The position numbers were made by a program, and so were the translations under genes. The notes below the pieces were generated by a model, which worked only from the letters and a program-made list of their open reading frames with translations, had not been told where the DNA came from and ran no database searches. This document shows positions 1 through 11,565 of a DNA stretch of 64,000 bases, piece after piece; position 1 is the first letter of the stretch, and every line of letters begins with the position of its first letter. Source of the stretch: Eutreptiella sp. 'Long Island Sound 2002' (lineage: Eukaryota > Protista > Euglenida); contig OZ038378.1 of the NCBI GenBank assembly GCA_964036045.1, forward strand, positions 174,468,001 to 174,532,000, written 5' to 3'.

Positions 1-59
1 TCTCGTGACCATGAGTGCCCCCCCCCCCCTCCAACGCACACAGAGGGCGCACCCTTGCC

Positions 60-1560
60 GTTATCCTCCTCTGTGTGGACCCGACACAGAGCAGTAAAAC
101 AGGGACAGCCCAGGGGCTCCGTTGGCACGGCGTACCAAGGAAAAGGAAGGGTGTGCAAGGAAGGTAGGATAGGCCAGACTGGGAGATCAAGGGCACTAGG
201 TGGTGGTGGTGAGAGGCCAATGGGCACCACCACCTGTGGAGGGAAACGGTCCAAGGAAAGGACATGTGCAAGTGGCGAGAGGCCAATGGGCGCTGCCAGC
301 TTCAGACAGCAATCCATCCAGGCGTCATGCCAACCCCCCCCCCCCCCTGGGGTGGATCTTTGAGAGTGGTGAGAAATCGATTGACACCACCCACCGGTAG
401 GAGAGCAGCAAGATCTCAGGGCTTTGCCCCCCCCCCCCCCCCCATGCACACCCTGGTCCCTTGCCTCCAAAGTCTAGACAAACCTGCATCTCCTACCACA
501 ACACCCATCCCCACCCATCACCGGATGGCACACATGCCACGCATGGGGATCGACATACAGTACACACACTGTGGGCATAGGGCGCAGAGGGATGGGGTGG
601 GGCGTGGATGGTAACATGATGCGCTCGCCACAAGAAGGACAGAGCGCGTGAAAGGGCAAGTTGAAGGTTGTTATGTGTCACCGTCGGTGAACTGACGCTG
701 CAGGGGACATCCCAGGGCCCAACAACCCCCGTTGGGGAGGGTTTCCCAACTGCCGGTATGGCTTATCCGTCTGGACTCCGCTGGCCAATGGCGAGGGTCT
801 TTGTCCTCCTCTGTGTGGACCCAACACAGGGCAGCGAAACAGGGAGAGCCCTGGGGCTCTGTTGGCGCAACGTCCCAAGGGAAAGGAAGGGTGTGTAGGG
901 AGGATAGGATTGGCCAGACGGGTAGATCAAGGGCACTGGGTGGTGGGAGGCCAATGGGCACCACCACCTATGGAGGGAAAGGGTTCAAGGGTAGGGCAAG
1001 GGTAAGTGGCGAGAGGCCAATGGGCGCTGCCAGCTTCGGACAGCAATCCATCCAGGCGTCATGCCAACCTGCCCCCCTCAACGTAGCCAAACCCACATCA
1101 CATACCACAACACCAATCCCCACTCATCACCCCGGGTGGCACACATGCCACACGAGGGCATGGACATACAGTGCACGCACTATGGACGGGGGGCAATATG
1201 ATGCGCTTATCACAAGGAAGACTGGGTGCAGGAAAGGGCAAGTTGAAGGTTACTATGTGTCCCGTCGGGGAAGTCACCTGCAAGTGGACATCCCGGGGCC
1301 CTACAGCCGCCGTTGAGGATCCTCCGCCGAATGGGGTGTCTGCGCGCGCTTGGTCAACGACCTGGGGTGTTGTCCTCCTCTGCTCCATGGACACAACGTA
1401 CCAAGGAAAAAGGAAGTGAATGTAGGGAGGTACGGATAGGCAAGATCGGTGGGTCCAGGTGAGAGGCCACTGGGCACCGCACCTACGGAGGGAAAGGGGA
1501 AAGGACAAGGGCAAGTGGCGAGAAGCCAATAGGTGCTGCCAGCTTTAGACAGCCATCCAT
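60..1560. repeat. Three imperfect direct copies of a ~600-740 bp unit (shared core at ~67-335, ~807-1070, ~1377-1560)
   Basis: The blocks CCTCTGTGTGGACCC..., CCAAGGAAAAGGAAGGGTGTG, GAGAGGCCAATGGGCACCACCACCT and GGGCGCTGCCAGCTT..GACAGC..ATCCAT recur three times in the same orientation. Confidence 0.8.
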
Positions 1561-2699
1561 GGGCATGGGCATGATGCCCCCATGTCCATGCCCACTGCTC
1601 TTGCCCTCACCTCTGCCAGGTCATACAATCCGCGCAGCAAGCCCTCTCGCTTGGAGGATGTTCCCTCTGTGACAGTGGACACACCCCAGCACGCTGGGTC
1701 GCCGATGCAGTCCGCGACGTTGTGGCCCCTGACGAAGCCACCCCTGAATTCCCCCCTGGGTCAAGAGCCCCTGTTTCGGTCCCAACTGCAGAAAAAACAA
1801 TTTGTGCGGAGGAGGTCCCTGCTTCTGCCCCTGCCCCTGCCCCTTGCGTGGTTCATGAGGCCTGGTCTCAACAAACACCCCCCCCCCCCATGTTTTTGAA
1901 ACACGGTGTGTCAATTTTTTTAATGCCCCTTCATGGCCTGGTCATGTCACGCCTGTCAATACCCCAACTACCATTCCCATGTTACTGACCACTCTCCATG
2001 CCACTGATATTTGCTGAGATTGCAAGCTTTACATTTGATACGAAAGGGAACCCAACAAGGCGTCAATGTGGCAGCTCTTGACACGCCCAAGCACCTTCAA
2101 GTCCTTGAGAGGGGGGGGGTGGCGGCTCACGCACACAGAAACACAGCGAGGCAGGCTACGGACGGCCTGTGGACAGAGGCGCGTGGACAGCAAAAACAGT
2201 CAAACGACCCCGGCAACAACCAGCACATCCTCAATACGCCAATTATTGGGCGCCGCTGACGCGCAAACGGCACACCATGCCACATTCAGCACAGCCCCAA
2301 CACACCAACCACTGGGCTCCGCGAACGTGGAAAGACACCAGCAAGAGCACCAGCCGCAGCGGCCGACAGAAAGCAGCAACCCGACGCAACATGCGAAGGG
2401 AAGAACGGGTGACTGTCCAGGGCCCCGTAAAGAACCAACAACCAGACGGAATGTCACACATAGGCATGATGCCTGAGGCATGGGCATGGGGGCATGGGAG
2501 GTGCAGCTGCCGTTACAAATCCCACGATTGTTGACCATTGGTGGAGGACAAGGTTGGCAAACCTATGAAAGCGGCGACCGTGTTGTAGTATCGAACAGAG
2601 AGACGAGGAGCCAATGGTGATTGAGCGGCTCATGTTCGTGTGGCGTAAATTGTGCCCTAGACTATGTCAGGATGTTGGAGTAGACATGTCCACGTCGTC

Positions 2700-5600
2700 A
2701 ATGGCCGTGTCTTGCTGATTTACGGACAGTGCGTTCCTGGGATGTTGGAGTAGCCCAGCCGCAGGCATGGTGTAGGCTCCAGTGCGGTAAACAGCGCGGT
2801 CTCAGTCTTGGTCTCGGTGTCAGCATCAGTCTCGTCTCGGTCGTGTTCTTGGTCCCTATTGTGGTGCTGGCCACACTTCCTGCTCTCTATTCTGCCGTAG
2901 CACTGCTTGGGGAAGTCCCAAAATCCCGCAGTAATACCCAGGTGAACACCAGGTATACTGCCACCAGGACAGAGTGGGAGGCCACACGTGGCACACGACG
3001 TCCGCAATCCCATTTCTCTCTTCAATTGCCTGGTCAAAGGGCTCAATTGACCAGGTCATCAATGAATCACTGAAATTTGAAGAATATTGTTGGGTCAAAA
3101 ATGGTCAAACATTTTTACTGATTCCCAGGCAAGAGATGATTTTGCGGGACCCCTCACAGCCCTGATTCCAAAACAATATTGTCCCTTTTTCTGTCCGGGC
3201 CACCTCCGGGTCATCCTGGTGCTCTTTCAGGAGTCCAGTCCATTGAGCCCTTTTGGGGAGAGGAGGGTCCCACAAGGGGGCTCAATCTGTCCCCCCTGGA
3301 ATGACCCTGTGCATTACCATCTCCTTGCCATTTTAGGGATCCCTGGTTTGGTACGTTGTGTGGCACTGCACTTGTACGTCCCCACTATTTCCGCCATTCC
3401 ATCTGCTGTACCCAGGAGCAACGTATCAAGATCGTCATCAGCCTCTCTGGGGTCGTTCCTGCCCACGGGTCACCAGGCGTCTGCGGTCCCTGGCAGCCGC
3501 AGCATATCTCCAATTGGAAGTCCAAAGGATCTAAGAGGATCTGTTTCGTTTGATTTAGTCGAGGCAGTGGGATGCCTCGCACCAGACGAGATGCATGTTG
3601 CAGAAGATGGTTCCATCGACGAAATCGCTCCGGAAGAGCCTCAGGAGAGCGACATGCAGCAGTTCTTTGACATTCATAGCCTGGAAATTGCTGAGGCTGG
3701 CTCGGTGGATCTGGGTTGAGGTCAGAAGAGAGCCTTGAGCATGTCAGTCGTCAGTTACTAGTTCACAGCGTTCGGTGATGTGCCCGATAGCAGCGCCGGG
3801 TTGAATGGATGGTTGACCGACGGCGTGTGGCAAGAACATCACATGGGAAACAGGATCGGCATCCCCGGTGTCATTTGATGCTATTCCTTGGGCCGGTGCC
3901 ACAGAGCTTTTGCCTTGATGTCCTTTGCCTGTACGTGCTCTGCAACGACGAGGTTGAGGTGATCCTTGAGACAGCACTCCGAGGTATTGAGAACGATTTG
4001 CCTGAGCCACTACTGTCTACTGAGCAGCTACTGGATGGAAGTTGCGCAATAGTATTCCCAATAGTATGCCCCTCGGGATTCGGCCGGCTGATCAAAGTCT
4101 GCAACAGATCGTCGGTTATGAAGACCTTCGTTTTTTCTATTGCAGTGGCAGCCTCCTTGGCTTCAGGCATCAGCTTCTGCAAGATTGATATCGCAGCAGT
4201 CGCAGGGTTGCATTGAATGGCAGCCAACTTGTGTTGAAGGGGCAACCTGCTTTGAAAACGCACTGAGAGAATGGCCTGTTTGCATTGTAGCCGACGGATC
4301 TGGTGCCGACTGTCTGCACAACCAATCCCACATGACGCATCAACTCCACTCCCCCCCTGCCCAGGCACTTCCTGGGGCACGAGCAGCAGTGGCACCGCCA
4401 GTGGGGTCATTGACAAAGCCATGCGACGCGATCCTGAAGGGGCTCTTTGAAGCAACAACCATACCCAATGATGCGCCCAACTGCTTCCATGCTTTCTACC
4501 AAATGCTGCGGTGGAAGCAGTGAGGACAAAGCGTAGTAGCATCGGAACTGTTCGCCCATGTCTAAGCATTGCCCCAGGACGTGTCCGCGATTGCTGTGGG
4601 CGTTCCTTAAGGGACGGCTTTGGTTTGATTTTCTTTTTGTTCTGGAAAGTCTAGGACCGCCGCCGGCGGTTAACGTTCAACTGCCAATTTGCCCCCAACT
4701 GCCGGCCCCGGACTGCTGATTCCTAACCGCCAATCGCCGACAGTTGATGGTCAACCGATGATCAGTCACAGTTGTTGGCAGTTGTTTCCAGGTACTGCAT
4801 GCTAAAATGGCACTTTGCACACGCCGCTTTGTACTGCTTTTTTCGGGCCCACTTAAAGGGACTGGTATCAATTTTGGATCGCAAGGGAACAGGACAGGGT
4901 AGTTGCCTTTTTTTTGGGGGGGGGGGAAGTCCTTACGGTGGCATAGATATGTAGTTTGCGGGCCCCAAGACTTTCTCAGGGGGGCGGCCACCTATCAATC
5001 CCATGCGGCATGTTGTTAGCAGGGTGTTTTCTGACACCTGTGTATGGACAGCTTAAGACGATGCTGCGCAGTCAGTGCTTTTGGTTGCATGTTCTGTGCC
5101 CTGTATCCTCCACAAGTCTTAAGGATTCCCTGTGCAATTCTCTCTGTTGTTGTGACCCCAAGCATAGGTCTTTTCAAGATACGTAGTGTGCACCGCCTGT
5201 ACCAGTCATTGTGTGATGAGCATCTGTCTGACTAAGCTCATACCGTAGTGTGCACCGTTGTCCGATCCCGAGCACCAGCTTGAGCGTCCACTTCAGCCAC
5301 AGCCTCCACCTCAGCCTACATTTTCAGCTATCCCGAGCCAAGTGTAGCTTGAGCCTTGCCTTAACCATGGCTTTCACTTGAGCCCCAGCCGAAGATCCAG
5401 CTGCATCTCGAATCAGGGCCCCCGAGCTCTAGCCATCAGTAAAACTCTACTCGTCCTATTCGCACTTGTGCCACAACACTTCAACCTTATCATTGACCTG
5501 TGCCTCCTGACGATTTAGTCCAACAACCATGCCCCTGACACTGACACTGACGTTCCTGCAAGTCCGTGTACTCTCTGGTCCTCATGTAATCCCCGAAGCC

Positions 5601-8600
5601 TTTATTTTTCGGAGTCCATCGTATTTCTAGCATGCCTCGTGGTCCCGTGGCCTCGGTGCTTCGGAACAGGAGGCTCGCATTGAGTGAGGGTTTTGGGATG
5701 CTTGTGTCATGATGATGTATGCCACTTCTGTCAGGCACAGACCAGCTGAGCAGCACCCAATGCCTCTCATCATGTCCCCTTGTCCCCTGACGTCTCTTGG
5801 ATGCAACAGGCCCTCAGCGCCCTCCGCCCTGCACCACATACTCAAGCTCTGATCCCGATCCCAGTGCTGCAGCAAAATTCTTCAATGCACACGTTTGGCT
5901 CCACTTTTCTTTTCTTTCTTTGCTGCAAAACCACTCAGCCACACGTTTGTATTCCCATCCGACGCTTTCTCTTCTGGTTGGGGTTGTTTTTCCTCTGGTG
6001 GAGGGAGCGCAAAGAATAGTGACCAATTTGGGGGGAGTAGAGTACATTGGGATGTGCCAAAAGCCCACATATGCAGTTCTCCGAGAGCTTTTACAGCGCA
6101 CTCAAGAGGCCAGCATTTTGAGGTTTTCTGATGGTAGACGATTGGGCCTGGTTTTGGTCCAAAACCTGTGCACGGTCCACGCAAAAGTGCAGATACTCCC
6201 GTATGTGCACATTCGTCAAGATCACACATCTCCAACTGAAATTCCGCCCCCCCCCCCTCTTGCGAGAACCACGCCATTGTCAGAGCAACACCAGGTGTTG
6301 TTTCCGCAATTTCTGGAGGACCTCAGCCAGCCCCCGGCGAACCGCCGTTGGACCCCAGCCAGCCCCCGGTGAACCGCCGTTCCGCGGCCGCAGGCAAGCG
6401 CCCGGTGCATGCTGGATCGCCAGGGCTCTCCACCCCTAGCAAGCCCCAGCAGAGTCGCGGGGTGGCGGGGGCCAACGCGGCGAGCAGGGCCCCAGCCCAA
6501 GGACGTCACTGCCCAGCCGCAGCACGCGGCCTCTTCGCTTTGGACTTCACCACATCGGCTACTGTGACGTCGCCACAGGATGAGGGGCAGGGGAGAGCGT
6601 GGACGTCCCCGAGAGGATCGGAGAACCCGGGCCCACAGCGAAGACACCTGAGCCCTTGGTGCGGGTCCTTCTCTCGCCCCGTGTACACTGATGGTGAGGC
6701 TTGGGGGGCGGCACGGTGGCTCCGCCACGTCCTGCTTCCACGCTGACCCCTGTACGCACAGCGTGCAGGACCTAAATCGGCTAACCTGTTTCCGCAACTT
6801 CTGGAGCTGTGGAATTTGGCGGTTCCCTCTTGTAGTTACCTGTGAAGATCAAAATTTTCCTCTGATTTGGGGCTGGGGATTCTTTTTCAGGCATGCTGAT
6901 TACTGTTCCACTACTTTTTGCCCCTTCTTTCAGTACTTTCATCGTGCGCGCAAACGACGCCCTTGTTACACAACAGGAGGTGTTGGTTCCGTTTTTTCAG
7001 TGCTTGTACCGTCGTTCTCGTAAGGGGGGGGCTACTACCCCAGCCCGTGCTTTGTCCCAACCATACCTCGAAACCCAGCATCTCAGGCTGAGCCCCGGTC
7101 TCCCCAACTCTAAACATGCCAAACGAACTCTACTTGAGTCCCATCCAAACCTTTATCTAAATGAAAGTCGATATCTCGATGAGTTATAGATCAGCGGTTG
7201 TTGCTTTCGCCTGCAATTATGCGGCCCTTCTCAACTGAAATTGTCATGTACAGTGATTCTTCCCTTACATTGCCATTCTGCCACCACTATGTGCATCTGG
7301 AATTCCACCTATTGGGGGGTTGTCATCTCTGAACACAGCAGCACATGGTGTTCAGCTTTTGCACATTTGACAAGGAAAGCTGTTCTTGAAACCCTGACGC
7401 ATACCCTGTAGCAATGTACAATGATAAACGTGCTCAATCAAAGGATGAGACGTCCGCCATCACAGCACAAGTTTTTTTGATGCTCCGTGTCATCGCTTGG
7501 AATTTTGAATGCTATGCGCTGCGAGTTGACTGGACGGACGTTCTGTCTTCCACGCATTCGGAGCTGTGCATTTTCTGGGGCTGTGCATTTTTTCGTCGTC
7601 TGTTGCCTGTCCACCCGAACCGTGTGCTTTTGTATTGCAATAACTTGATTGCGCATCACTGCACTGCTTATCCCGCACGACGTGAAATAGAGGACTCCAA
7701 AGGGGACATCATAGGGGAGGGTTGGATCAGGGCATTGTGTTCATGGCGTGCAGGATCCATGAAGGACCCCAACATATACGCCTCGAAAAGTAATGTGCCT
7801 TGTGCCGACCATTTGTTGACGGAAATGTTTGCGACCCAAAACCCTTGGTAAACATTTGTTGGGAATCAGATAAAATGCAGTCCACTGCTGCAGTTCACTG
7901 CTGCACCGAGGCAAGGTGCGGCATCCCTGCGGAAGGTTCCCCAAAGCGGCGGGGTTGGGGGAGGTTTGTAGAATGGTGCCCACCATGACATCTGACTGAA
8001 CAGTTCTGTTGCTCTCCTGTGTGCCAACGTGTGCTTTCTGCAGCCACACCACAGTCACAACCGACAAGCAAACCTGCTGGGGGAGGGTTGTTGAGGGCCT
8101 CCTGGTCAGACCTGTCTTTGCAAAGCCATGTTGTTGCAGATGCAGCTGCTCAGTCCCATGCAGTGCACAAGGTTGTAGCAGGAACAAGGGGAGAGGAGAG
8201 GAGTATGGTTGTGTACCTGGGGCTGGTATTCATATCGCCATCCCTTGGTGTGACCAACACCAACACGTGTAGGTCTTCCAGTTCACGACTGGTGGGCCTC
8301 TTCACAAGGCTAGTGGGTGTGGCTGAACCCCCTCCCCCTCCCCTTGTCATCATTGTCGGACTTGCTTGAACTATGCTCTATTATGATAAACAGAGGAATC
8401 TTCAATTAACACCCCCAAGCATGTCCTGAATGCCTCGAGTGGCCACAACTGGCAAGCCAATAGTGGCTATCCAGTGACCCATGCCACTGGATGGGGCCTC
8501 CTCTAGGGAACACTGTGGCCGGTGCGATGGCAGTGCTGGCGCAGGTTCGGTTCAACGACCATGGTTGCCATAGGAAGCGCACAGCAATCTGCACAGAAAA

Positions 8601-9090
8601 TCTGTTTTTCTTGGTCAGGCACACCAAGTTCAAAGCTCTTGGGCGACAGCCTGAATCAAAGAGCAGTGTACATGGTTTAAATGAGGGTCCCACAAGTGCA
8701 ATTCACAGTGTCCTGAACTCAATCGACGGATCTCCTCTGTTCACCTGCTTAACCTACCCTCTGCATTTGCACCCACTGAGTGCCACAGCATATCCATCTG
8801 GTGGGTACCTTCATGTGGGGGTGCACGGTAATGTGAAGGCAGAGGACAGGGTAGGTAAAGGGGCGAGGGCATCATTATATCAAACGTAGGCCTACAACAA
8901 GGTGACGGACATTTGGGCAGAGCTGGGGCCAGAGGAAACGTCTGACGACCAGTCCCAAGGGAATATGAGTTGGGGGTCTTGGCTCAATGTGTCAGACAGT
9001 AAAAGTGATAGTGACAATATCACCTCTTCCTCCTCTAGTGACAGTGCTAGCTCTGCCAATTCTGACCTGTCAACCATAGGACACAACTGA
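2700..9090 (-). other. Degenerate, unassigned protein-coding remnants (probably decayed mobile element ORFs)
   Basis: Protein-like minus-strand stretches broken by stops and frameshifts (e.g. KEAATAIEKTKVFITDDLLQTLISRP ~4080-4170; LEIRWTPKNKGFGDYMRTREYT ~5560-5630); no family motif recognised with confidence. Confidence 0.25.
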
Positions 9091-9721
9091 CTGGGGCTTT
9101 AGGGGGCGCCTTAAGCGCAGTGCGCGCGCACTATTTGGGTGTTTGTCCACAGTAGAAACCCATACTTTGTGGTACTTTGGGCATCATTGTTGTTTGGTAG
9201 TATGGTTTGATGCATTGGGGATATGGCATTTTTGGACGCTCACCCTGTTTCACCCATTTCTTCCTTTTTGCGCACATTTTTTATCTAAAGTTTATAAAGT
9301 AACTTGAGTTTAAATTGGGCAAGGGGGTGGGAGGAGGGCACATTGTGCGCGCTCGCCTAGTGTTTGTTTGTTTTGTGGTGTGCCGTCGTTTTGTGTTCTC
9401 TTGTGGTGGTGACGCTGGTGGCTGCCAGCACAGCAGCCGACTGGTCACGCAACACGACATTTGTACGCTGCAGCAGTTCTTGTGCCCGTGTGCTGTGGGT
9501 CTGGTGGCAGTGGGTTCCGTGTTGGGCAATGATGAGGGGGTCGGGGGGGGGTTGGGAAAAGGGCAAGGCAGCAAGTGCCAAGCCCATGGAGGGAAAAACA
9601 ATTTAAACCATTTCTACCACATCTACTCTTTTTCTCGGTTGTTTGATATGGTGATACACTTTCAGGGTGCCTGCTACGGGACATCATACTTCCCTCCTCA
9701 TTTCTAAGGCCCACTTTCTCC

Positions 9722-10102
9722 ATGGATCTCAGTATTGGGGATACGGTGTTCTACACCCGCTCCAATGGCCTGCGAACTCCCGCCATGGTGGTTGGGACGG
9801 CTGAACAGGGACTCCTCCACTTGGAATACTACCAAGATGGGTTGAGAGTGGTGAATCGGCAATGCAAGATGGAGTCCATCTCCTTTGCCATCCCAAGTTC
9901 AGATTCGCCACCTGATTGTCCTCCATCTCCGCCTCCCAACACACAGTCAAGCCCCCCCCCAAAGGCCCTTGGTCCTTCACCACTGCCACAACAACCGGGC
10001 CACAAGAACCCTCAAGGTCCCCTCCACTCCAGTTTGGGTCGCCTAATTCTAAGGGTGTTTCCAAGGGGCGTGCCTGGGGGCTCTTCGGGGGACATAGTCT
10101 AA
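9722..10102 (+). CDS. Small ORF with an N-terminal SH3/Tudor-like beta-barrel-looking segment and a Pro/Ser-rich tail
   Basis: MDLSIGDTVFYTRSNGLRTPAMVVGTAEQGLLHLEYYQDGLRVVNRQCKMESISF shows an alternating beta-strand pattern (xxGDxV...A.VVG...LHLEY); the fold is inferred. Confidence 0.4.
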   Translation: MDLSIGDTVFYTRSNGLRTPAMVVGTAEQGLLHLEYYQDGLRVVNRQCKMESISFAIPSSDSPPDCPPSPPPNTQSSPPPKALGPSPLPQQPGHKNPQGPLHSSLGRLILRVFPRGVPGGSSGDIV

Positions 10103-10299
10103 AAGTAGCGCGCAGTGTGCGCACAGTGCAAGGATTCCCCCTGAGGAACTACTCAGATGGTCATTCTGCGCGTGTGATGGTTCAAAATTGATACCGATCG
10201 TCTGATCGTAGCATTGTGCATGGCTATTGAACCTAGGGTTTGGGGATTGACCACCATCATGCGTCCACTTCGGCGAGTGGGTGTAGATGATCCCTATCT

Positions 10300-11565
10300 T
10301 TTGGGCATATCATACACTGAGAGCTCATGTTCTTTGTCCTCACCTTCCTAAGCAAGCCAGCCCAAGAAATATTCAGCAGCCCAGAAGGACTCAAGGCAAC
10401 ACTCAGAAGTTGCTCAATGGCAATGCTCGTACACGGCACGGGGGGGGGGACTTCGCAGCGGGAATGTTTTGCCGTGGGATATTTCACGTTTCGAATTCCT
10501 GCGAAATTTCCCACACAAATTTCAGGCTGCTGTGCGAAATAAACCCGCTTCAAAATTTAGCAAAATTTCTTGTCCAACAGTTGCCTAAGCATTTGGAAAC
10601 GAGGTACGTGGAATCTGTGGGTGGAATCGGTGGGTGGGTCGCTTGGTCATGTACAATGAGGGAGCTAATATGAAGCGCCACAGCAGGACTCATCTTCAGG
10701 TGGCACAAGTCTGTTGTGCCTTTGCACAAAAGCTGAAACAGAAAAATGTTGCCATCAGTGAACAGCGGTGCATCAGAAAAATCACAGCAACCACCTGCAA
10801 GCACGGGGGAGGGATACACTTTTTTGCGCTTTTTTTGTGCTTCTAGGCGGTAGTGATTTTTTACGCTTCTTGCATTTTTTTGCGCTTTTTTGCGCTTCCT
10901 ACTTCCCTTGTCACCCTTGTTTTTCTTTGTTCCATACATGGACAAGTTCATCACACGTCCAGCAGTTGCTGAAAAAGATGAACACGAGGAAGTGCGTGGT
11001 GACAGCATGTGGTGTTGTCCATGTCCGAAGCCAGTGTGTCACAAGAGGAAATGCACTGATGATGGGCACATCACCCGGCATCACACATGAAACGCGTGAA
11101 AGGCCTTTTTGTCTAAGGTGGCCAGCAGGGCTGTGGCGCATAATAATGCTGTTATTGCGCGTAACCTTGAGCAGTGGAAATTCTACAAACGGGTCTGCAT
11201 TCTCAATCTTACCAATTTGGGTGAGATGTGCCATACTATGCGAGATTTCATGGAACTGCATTTTCCCATGGGAGATGGTGCTTTTCAAAATGAGTGGCAC
11301 CAATATTGCCAGGTGGAGAACACCACCATCGAGAGCCCTAAGGCATTGGCTACATTAATGGAGATGTTGAGGGCAGGTTCAATGCTATGTAATGGAAGCC
11401 CTCCATGCTACTCAGTGTGGCTAGCATTGCCCTGTAGGGCCTAAATGCCCCCGTGACATAGACATACAAGGGGGGCGGGACTTCGCGGCGGGAAAGTTTC
11501 GCCATGGGATATTTCGAAGCGGGTTCATTTCGCATGCAGTCCTGAATTTCCTGTGGGAAATTTCA
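10300..11565 (+). mobile_element. hAT-like transposase remnants with a duplicated terminal-type module
   Basis: FFVLTFLSKPAQEIFSSPEGLKATLRSCSM (10330-10420) resembles the decayed hAT dimerisation motif LT.P.s.A..ERsFS....K..LRS.M; further coding-like pieces at 10937-11440; repeated module at 10441-10556 and 11470-11565. Confidence 0.4.

Noticed and set aside
2729-3046. CATCGLPLC as a second piggyBac cysteine-rich domain
   Set aside because: An isolated short match with no upstream DDD motifs recognised
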